A program made the translations under genes and the position numbers. A DNA stretch of 50,244 nucleotides from a virus (Duplodnaviria; Caudoviricetes): the IMG/VR virus record IMGVR_UViG_3300005663_000064, positions 1 to 50,244 of that record. One strand, written 5' to 3'. This document shows, in pieces, positions 44,718-50,244 of this stretch. The notes under the pieces are model-generated. The model ran no database searches and was not told where the DNA came from. It saw only the letters and a program-made list of their open reading frames with translations. The first letter of the stretch is position 1; every line of letters begins with the position of its first letter.

Positions 44718-45445
44718 AACGAATTCTCATAGCCATCATATCAGATCGTTTCCCCTATCCTGAGTTCGTTAGGGGTTTATTCCGAAACATCGTGATGGAT
44801 GTTTTTGAGTTGGCCCACAGAGGATACCGACTTGATTACGTTGATATTATAAATAAACCGAGGGACGCTGCACGTGAACTTTCTGTTGAAACGTTTAAAC
44901 ACCAGTGTAGTGATCCTGACGATAGAATCTTATTCCTCGATACAGACATGATCCATCCCGATCACGCCATACTCCGCTTGCTTGACAGAGACAAGCCCGT
45001 TGTAGGCGGTTTTTACGTTAAGAGAGACCAACCTGATTTCCCCCTTGTAGGCAAGTTCTCTCACCACAACGAAGCTGGTGCAGCATGGTTTACCCCGATG
45101 ATGGATGTTGAACTGAATCAGCTTTACAAATGCGATGTAACCGGTGCAGGTTGTTTGATGATTAAACGGTCTGTATTCGACCTTCTTGAACCGCCGTATT
45201 TTCACCACAACCCCCCGTACGATCGCGCTTCCGAAGAGATGGCTTTCTTTGAGGCATGTCGGACGAAGAAGATTGATGTCTATGTGGATACTTCCGTGGA
45301 TTGTCCTCATGCTCATACGAGTTTCGTAGATTTCGTTAACTTCGATATGCTTAGGAAATCCAAGGGTAAGACGTTTTGGATTGAGAAGGATCGGGATAAT
45401 GGCGATGAGAAACCTAAGATGGAGATAGTTAAAGATGCTTCATAA
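44714..45445 (+). CDS. GT2-like glycosyltransferase
   Basis: ILFLDTDM, VVGGFY, TGAGCLMIKRSVF and SEEMAFF..VYVDTSV.C.H. Confidence 0.85.
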   Translation: MKRILIAIISDRFPYPEFVRGLFRNIVMDVFELAHRGYRLDYVDIINKPRDAARELSVETFKHQCSDPDDRILFLDTDMIHPDHAILRLLDRDKPVVGGFYVKRDQPDFPLVGKFSHHNEAGAAWFTPMMDVELNQLYKCDVTGAGCLMIKRSVFDLLEPPYFHHNPPYDRASEEMAFFEACRTKKIDVYVDTSVDCPHAHTSFVDFVNFDMLRKSKGKTFWIEKDRDNGDEKPKMEIVKDAS

Positions 45446-45704
45446 AGTTGATATTCCTGAAACTTACTTATTGATTATAGCGGTACATGGTAAAATGGGA
45501 GATGGGGAATTGCCTGATTTCATGAGAATGTGGGCGCAAAAAGAATGTCGAAATCTTGGAATATCTGAAAAGGTTAGTAAATTGCAGAATGAAAAAATGA
45601 TAGAATTAAAAAATAGATTAAGCAAAGTCATTGGATCTGAAAATGTTAATAAGATTGAAGTTGAATGTAAAAAAGCTGGAAAATATTTAAAAAATACTTC
45701 TTAA
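45435..45704 (+). CDS. AT-rich hypothetical protein
   Basis: RBS GGAG. Confidence 0.55.
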   Translation: MLHKVDIPETYLLIIAVHGKMGDGELPDFMRMWAQKECRNLGISEKVSKLQNEKMIELKNRLSKVIGSENVNKIEVECKKAGKYLKNTS

Positions 45705-45719
45705 TTCGGAGATAGTTTA

Positions 45720-45884
45720 ATGATTAAAGTTGAATTACAAGGCATGGCTCTAAAGCATAGTACAATTAAATTGTTAAATAGTTGGTATAAAGATAATTCT
45801 GGTTATGATGAGGAGAATTGGCCTAAGATAAAAAAAGTTATTGAGGAGAACCGATCTTCCTATAGGAGAAAATTCAATGATTAA
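45720..45884 (+). CDS. AT-rich 54-aa ORF (not in the ORF track) sharing its N-terminus with the next gene
   Basis: MIKVELQGMALK versus MIKVKLCDMALK; RBS GGAG. Confidence 0.55.
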   Translation: MIKVELQGMALKHSTIKLLNSWYKDNSGYDEENWPKIKKVIEENRSSYRRKFND

Positions 45885-46248
45885 AGTTAAACTATGCGAC
45901 ATGGCTCTGAAGGCCACGAGTTTTGAGATCGATGATTTACTCGGCAAGGTAGGTGAGGTTGTTGAACGTGTAGCTGATGGTAACTGGATCGTTTCATTTG
46001 GACATCATCGTGTCTATGCTCTCCCTGAACATTATCTCGGCGAGACTGTGCTTAAGATAGTTTATGACGATACTCATGGCACACCGCCTGAACCTGAAGT
46101 TGTTAAGAAGTCTAATGCGAAGAAAGTAGCTACTGCGAAACGTAAAGAAACTATGAAGAAGAAAGTTGCGGCAGAGAAGGTTGCTGTGGAATCTAAAGTT
46201 ACTCTACCTGTAAAAAAGAGGACTGATGGAAGTCTTAACCTCAAGTAG
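45877..46248 (+). CDS. Hypothetical protein with K/A-rich tail
   Basis: ATG 45877 behind AGGAG. Confidence 0.6.
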   Translation: MIKVKLCDMALKATSFEIDDLLGKVGEVVERVADGNWIVSFGHHRVYALPEHYLGETVLKIVYDDTHGTPPEPEVVKKSNAKKVATAKRKETMKKKVAAEKVAVESKVTLPVKKRTDGSLNLK

Positions 46249-47269
46249 AACCCATACGAAGCATGATGATATGGTGAAGATGTATCAAGATCCTGCATAC
46301 TTTGATATAAACATCTTGCCTAATCATTTCTGGAAACCTCTTGCTGAAGTTCATTTCAGAATGCAGAGGGCTATCCATTCCACTGTTCCGTTCGTGAACA
46401 TTATCGTCCCTCGTGAATTTGGCAAGACTACCGTAGTTAATTGTGGGTTCCCACTTTACAATATCTGCTTCGGTCTTGAGAGATTTATTGTTATGTGTTC
46501 TGAGACTGCTACCGAGGCGGAGTCCAATCTCCGGACTGTTAAGTATGAACTCGTTACGAATGATCGGATTAAGCATTATTGGGGTGATCTTAAAGTTGAT
46601 CGGGTTAAGGATGAGTTTGGAAAGTGGAATGAAAAATACGCTAAGACGAGTACTGGGATCTACTTGGCGGCGAAGGGTGCCGGATCGCAGATTCGAGGCA
46701 TTAAGGCGATAAACGTCCGGCCTACATTGATCATAGTCGATGATCCGCAGGGAATCCGCACTATTCTTACCGAGCAGACTCTTAACAAGATGGATACTTG
46801 GCTTGAGAATGAAGTTATATTCGCCAGAGCGACTAAGTATCAACGTAAGGTTGGCGGTAAGACTAAGACTTTTCATGGCAAGGTTAGATTACTCGGGACG
46901 GTTGTTCATCATGAGTGTTTGGTTAATCGTAAGCGTAAGGATAGTCGATTTACGACTGTGTTTATGCAAGCGATTGAGCATGATAAGGATGGTAATCGAA
47001 TCAGTTTATGGCCTGAGATGTTCTCTCTTAACTCTCTCGATAAACAGCGGGCTGAGTATAAGGCTAATGGTAAAGAGAAAGTGTGGATGCAGGAGAAGAT
47101 GAATGTGCCGATGTCGGAGGAGGATAAACCGTTTGATAAGAATAGGATTAAGTACTGGGATAATGTTGTTGATGGCGGTAATTCCTATTTCGATATCTAC
47201 CATGGCGTTCCCGTTCTAACGTTTAGTAACCCATGTGTAGGATTAACTGAAGGGATGGATAGTGTCTGA
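46226..47269 (+). CDS. terL: Terminase large subunit, ATPase domain
   Basis: PREFGKTT Walker A, QIRG..RPTLIIVDDPQ Walker B, LGTVVH and WPE..QEKMN.P. Confidence 0.9.
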   Translation: MEVLTSSRTHTKHDDMVKMYQDPAYFDINILPNHFWKPLAEVHFRMQRAIHSTVPFVNIIVPREFGKTTVVNCGFPLYNICFGLERFIVMCSETATEAESNLRTVKYELVTNDRIKHYWGDLKVDRVKDEFGKWNEKYAKTSTGIYLAAKGAGSQIRGIKAINVRPTLIIVDDPQGIRTILTEQTLNKMDTWLENEVIFARATKYQRKVGGKTKTFHGKVRLLGTVVHHECLVNRKRKDSRFTTVFMQAIEHDKDGNRISLWPEMFSLNSLDKQRAEYKANGKEKVWMQEKMNVPMSEEDKPFDKNRIKYWDNVVDGGNSYFDIYHGVPVLTFSNPCVGLTEGMDSV

Positions 47270-47438
47270 TAAAATAGTTCAAGGCGGAAAGAAAGGTCGG
47301 AAGATCGGAAGGAATAAAGTTGAGTGTAAGCGTTATCGTGATGAAGATAGGCGTGAGAAGAATAAACAGAGACGTGCTGAGTTTAGAAAACTTAGACTAG
47401 AAAAAGGTAAGTTGAAAAAGGAACTTAAAAGTGTATAG
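47262..47438 (+). CDS. Very basic 58-aa ORF between the TerL halves (not in the ORF track)
   Basis: GTG start; MSDKIVQGGKKGRKIGRNKVECKRYR..KSV. Confidence 0.6.
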   Translation: MSDKIVQGGKKGRKIGRNKVECKRYRDEDRREKNKQRRAEFRKLRLEKGKLKKELKSV

Positions 47439-48036
47439 ACTTCCCGTATATACCTTCACCGCTATGGATATTGCAACCACTGATGCGAAGATTCCGGATT
47501 ATACGGTTATTATAACCGGAGCTACTGACTATAGAAATAACTTGATGGTGCTTGAGATTTGGAAACAGAAAGGGAGCAATCCGATTAATCGTATGAAAGA
47601 AGTGACGAGACAGGTTTTGCATTATCAATCAAGAGTGCTTGGCATAGAGGAAAATAGGGCTGAGGACTTTATCGACATGTACGAATGGCTTCTTGATCGT
47701 GGTGAGTGGGCTCAGGAATTTGGCGAGATAAGCAGAAGTATCGTTAATAGAATTCAGAGACTTCCGCATTACACACAATCCAAGAGGGATAGGATTATTG
47801 ATAGATTGCAGCCAATTATCAATGCTCACTCTCTATGGCTAACTAAGGATTTATCCTGGCTTGCCGACAATCTTGATATTTATCCACAGATTGAATATGA
47901 TGATGATATTGATGCTCTTGAGATGTTACGATATATCGCCCGACCGCCTTCTGAAGATTTGAATATTAGCGGTTACGAGGAGGAAAATTCCTTAACTGTG
48001 CTTGAGTATAACCCAATAACGATGTGTTGGAATTAG
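47431..48036 (+). CDS. terL: Terminase large subunit, RNase H-like nuclease domain
   Basis: AMDIA..DYTVI, GIEEN, K.DRI..LQP and YDDDIDAL; own AAGGA RBS. Confidence 0.85.
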   Translation: MYRLPVYTFTAMDIATTDAKIPDYTVIITGATDYRNNLMVLEIWKQKGSNPINRMKEVTRQVLHYQSRVLGIEENRAEDFIDMYEWLLDRGEWAQEFGEISRSIVNRIQRLPHYTQSKRDRIIDRLQPIINAHSLWLTKDLSWLADNLDIYPQIEYDDDIDALEMLRYIARPPSEDLNISGYEEENSLTVLEYNPITMCWN

Positions 48037-48038
48037 TT

Positions 48039-48236
48039 ATGAGTAATTTTATTAAACAAGAACCAAAACGACTTGAACGAGAAACCAAGATGAAGTTATA
48101 CGATTGGGGGTTTATTCATATATTCGAATATGCCTTAGTTATGTTAGGAAGAGATGTTATTAATCGAAATGGTTGGAAATTTAAAATGATAGATCGTGAT
48201 AATAAAATATATAAGCTATGGAATTATGGCAACTAA
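48039..48236 (+). CDS. Small AT-rich inserted ORF
   Basis: Between TerL-C and the portal; flanked by TGGAATTA repeats. Confidence 0.5.
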   Translation: MSNFIKQEPKRLERETKMKLYDWGFIHIFEYALVMLGRDVINRNGWKFKMIDRDNKIYKLWNYGN

Positions 48237-50202
48237 GTCTCAAATAGAAATAGCTAAGAAGAACTTCCAGCTTTGGGATGATATAGCTAAGTCTCAGAAT
48301 CGCAGGACGTTTATTCAGCGTTGGAGGAAGGGTGAGTCGTTCAGATTGGGTGAACAATGGACTGAGAAGGAAAGCACTGATCTCAAACAGAACGGCATGG
48401 TCGATTATGTGATCAACCGCCTTCGTCCTGCTTACAGGCATGAGAAAGCTATGATCATGTCTAAGCGTCCGACTATCAAACTGACCGGAGTTCGGAGTAA
48501 GCACACTGGTGCAGCTACGGAGATGCAGAGACTTATAAATTATATTTGGGAAATATCGAGTGGTTTACATCAGTCTCAGAGGATGCTTGATTACTACTTC
48601 GATGGTGGACTTGGCATCCTTGGTATTTTTCCTGACTTAGAGGCTGATTACGGTAGGGGTGAGTTGAAGATCGAGGAGGTTGCCCCTGACTTTCTTTATA
48701 TTCCCAACTATGCACGTAAATTACAATTTGATGATGCAATTCACATGTTCTACGCTCGGCCAATCTCTATTGATGATGCGTTGGAGAAGTATGGTCATAT
48801 ACGTGGCATAACCGAAGAAGCTCTCAAAGCTCAGGCTCAGACTGCGACCGAGTGGTTCAATGATACTGAAGTATTATTAGGCCCTGAGCGCGATGCGATT
48901 AGCCGCGATCTCCGCGATATATGGGGTATTGATGAGCAGACTTTATTGGTAATGGTTCTTGAGAAAACTACTAAGTTCAAAGCACCGAGAGAGTTGGTCA
49001 AGGTGAGGAATAATGAAACAGGAAGTATCGACATCTTCATCATTGAATCCGGCACTAATATGGATGAGTTCTTAGCATCTAAGGGAATTACCGATTTTAA
49101 AGTAAGTGATAGTGAGGAAACCAGCGTGACAAGGATTCGCAAAGAGGTAACGATCTCTGAAAGTATCTTCGTTGATACTGAAACACTTCCTATCTCTACC
49201 CATCCTTACGGATTTTGCGTTGGAGAAGATACACGGAACCCATATCCTGTAGGCGATGTTCATTTCAACATTGGGCAGCAGAAACTTGTGAATCACTTAC
49301 ACAGCCTGATCTTGTTTATAGGTCAGACTATGGGAGTGCCCCATATTATCGCTAAAGCGTCTGCGTTTAAGGATAAGAATCATAAATCAGAGATTCAGAA
49401 GAATTGGGCGATCCCTGGCTATATCGCCGAGTTTGATGTTAAGACTAACGAAGCTCTCAGTAATGCGATTAGCGTTATTCCCGGACTTCAACCTTCAGGT
49501 ATCTTTATGGACTTGCTTTCACTTAATATGGGGCATATCGACCACTCAACGGTTAACCCGCTGGCTATGGGAGATCCTACCAACGCTCCTGTTACAGACC
49601 GGGCTACAGAACGGATTGGACAGTGGGCTGATATGGTTGTTCAGCTCCCACTTATAAGCATGGCTGGCTGTTTCACCCGCGTGTTCAATGTCCTTGCTGA
49701 GTGGATGCCTAACTTCTACACCATTGGTAAACTGTTCGAGTATATCGAAGGTGAGAAGTTGGAAGAAGGATCGATCAATATGAGTCAACTTGAGTCCGAG
49801 GATATGCTTAACGATATAACGAACCTTGAGGCAAAGGTTCATGTTACGGTCGGTTCGCACATGAGCACGTCACGTATTTCCGACCAACTTGCCTATAAAG
49901 AACTTGCCGGTATTCATCCTACATTTATGAAACTCTTCGTCCGTGGGATTGACAATATGGACGAAGATGAGAAGAAGGAGGCGTTGGAAGAGATCGATCT
50001 TGTTCCTAAACTTGAACAGCAGATTCAGCAGATGACTGAGTATGTTGAGCAGTTGGAAGAAGCTATCGGCAAGGTTGACACTGATAGATTGCAAGCAGAA
50101 GAAAGAATTAAGATAGAACAGTTACGAGGAAACTTGAAAGTTGTATTAGCTCTGGCGAGGGAACAGGCTAAGAAGAATAAAGAAACTAAGGAGAAGAAGT
50201 AA
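48226..50202 (+). CDS. Portal protein (P22-like)
   Basis: GEQWT..L...G..VINRLRP, GGLGIL, Q..VN..S and a C-terminal coiled-coil barrel. Confidence 0.85.
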   Translation: MATKSQIEIAKKNFQLWDDIAKSQNRRTFIQRWRKGESFRLGEQWTEKESTDLKQNGMVDYVINRLRPAYRHEKAMIMSKRPTIKLTGVRSKHTGAATEMQRLINYIWEISSGLHQSQRMLDYYFDGGLGILGIFPDLEADYGRGELKIEEVAPDFLYIPNYARKLQFDDAIHMFYARPISIDDALEKYGHIRGITEEALKAQAQTATEWFNDTEVLLGPERDAISRDLRDIWGIDEQTLLVMVLEKTTKFKAPRELVKVRNNETGSIDIFIIESGTNMDEFLASKGITDFKVSDSEETSVTRIRKEVTISESIFVDTETLPISTHPYGFCVGEDTRNPYPVGDVHFNIGQQKLVNHLHSLILFIGQTMGVPHIIAKASAFKDKNHKSEIQKNWAIPGYIAEFDVKTNEALSNAISVIPGLQPSGIFMDLLSLNMGHIDHSTVNPLAMGDPTNAPVTDRATERIGQWADMVVQLPLISMAGCFTRVFNVLAEWMPNFYTIGKLFEYIEGEKLEEGSINMSQLESEDMLNDITNLEAKVHVTVGSHMSTSRISDQLAYKELAGIHPTFMKLFVRGIDNMDEDEKKEALEEIDLVPKLEQQIQQMTEYVEQLEEAIGKVDTDRLQAEERIKIEQLRGNLKVVLALAREQAKKNKETKEKK

Positions 50203-50244
50203 TGCAGGTAGAAGAGAATCATCTTATTAGTGGTGATTTATTAA

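Noticed and set aside
47234-47438. Split intein or ribosomal bypass in terL (CVGLTEG at the end of the ATPase half)
   Set aside because: Only ~11 aa follow the Cys, no HN-C/S/T intein C-terminus exists, no matching GTC landing codon lies in the open downstream frame, and the C-half has its own RBS
47880-47888. TTATCCACA DnaA box inside terL
   Set aside because: Single copy in coding sequence, compatible with chance
1-50244. tRNA genes, integrase/att sites, reverse transcriptase/DGR and stop-codon recoding
   Set aside because: No cloverleaf with a T-loop, recombinase or RT motifs seen by eye; long genes read normally in code 11, and the split genes are not explained by read-through

Overview
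This window looks like a nearly complete, circularly permuted ~50 kb podovirus-type tailed phage genome. The + strand late arm runs from 43425 to the window end and continues at 1-24309. It carries TerS, a TerL split into separate ATPase and nuclease genes, a P22-like portal, scaffold, SU10/DUF5309-like major capsid protein, a glycosyltransferase/radical SAM cluster, an M15 endolysin, head-tail adaptors (one split in two), beta-helix spikes, a tail nozzle, ejection proteins, three Sec-signal proteins and holin-like genes. The - strand early arm (24335-43250) carries a DnaC-like ATPase, SSB, Rad52/Sak-like annealase, Cas4-like nuclease, a nucleotidyltransferase, HNH nucleases and many small ORFs. 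I found no integrase, repressor, DNA polymerase, primase, tRNA or CRISPR array. The most unusual signals are: (1) a non-coding RNA at 36953-37123(-) that reproduces the uL11-binding GTPase-associated centre (H43/H44) of 23S rRNA with a 104-nt structured insert, inside an array of other hairpin RNAs; (2) four consensus sigma-54 promoters in the early arm; (3) three sigma-70 leaders whose terminator loops are antisense to upstream boxes; (4) several small inserted ORFs that duplicate the stop/RBS/start junction they occupy; (5) a Tat-signal mini-protein carrying a segment resembling the phage's own capsid protein. All family assignments come from motif recognition by eye; no database searches or folding programs were run.
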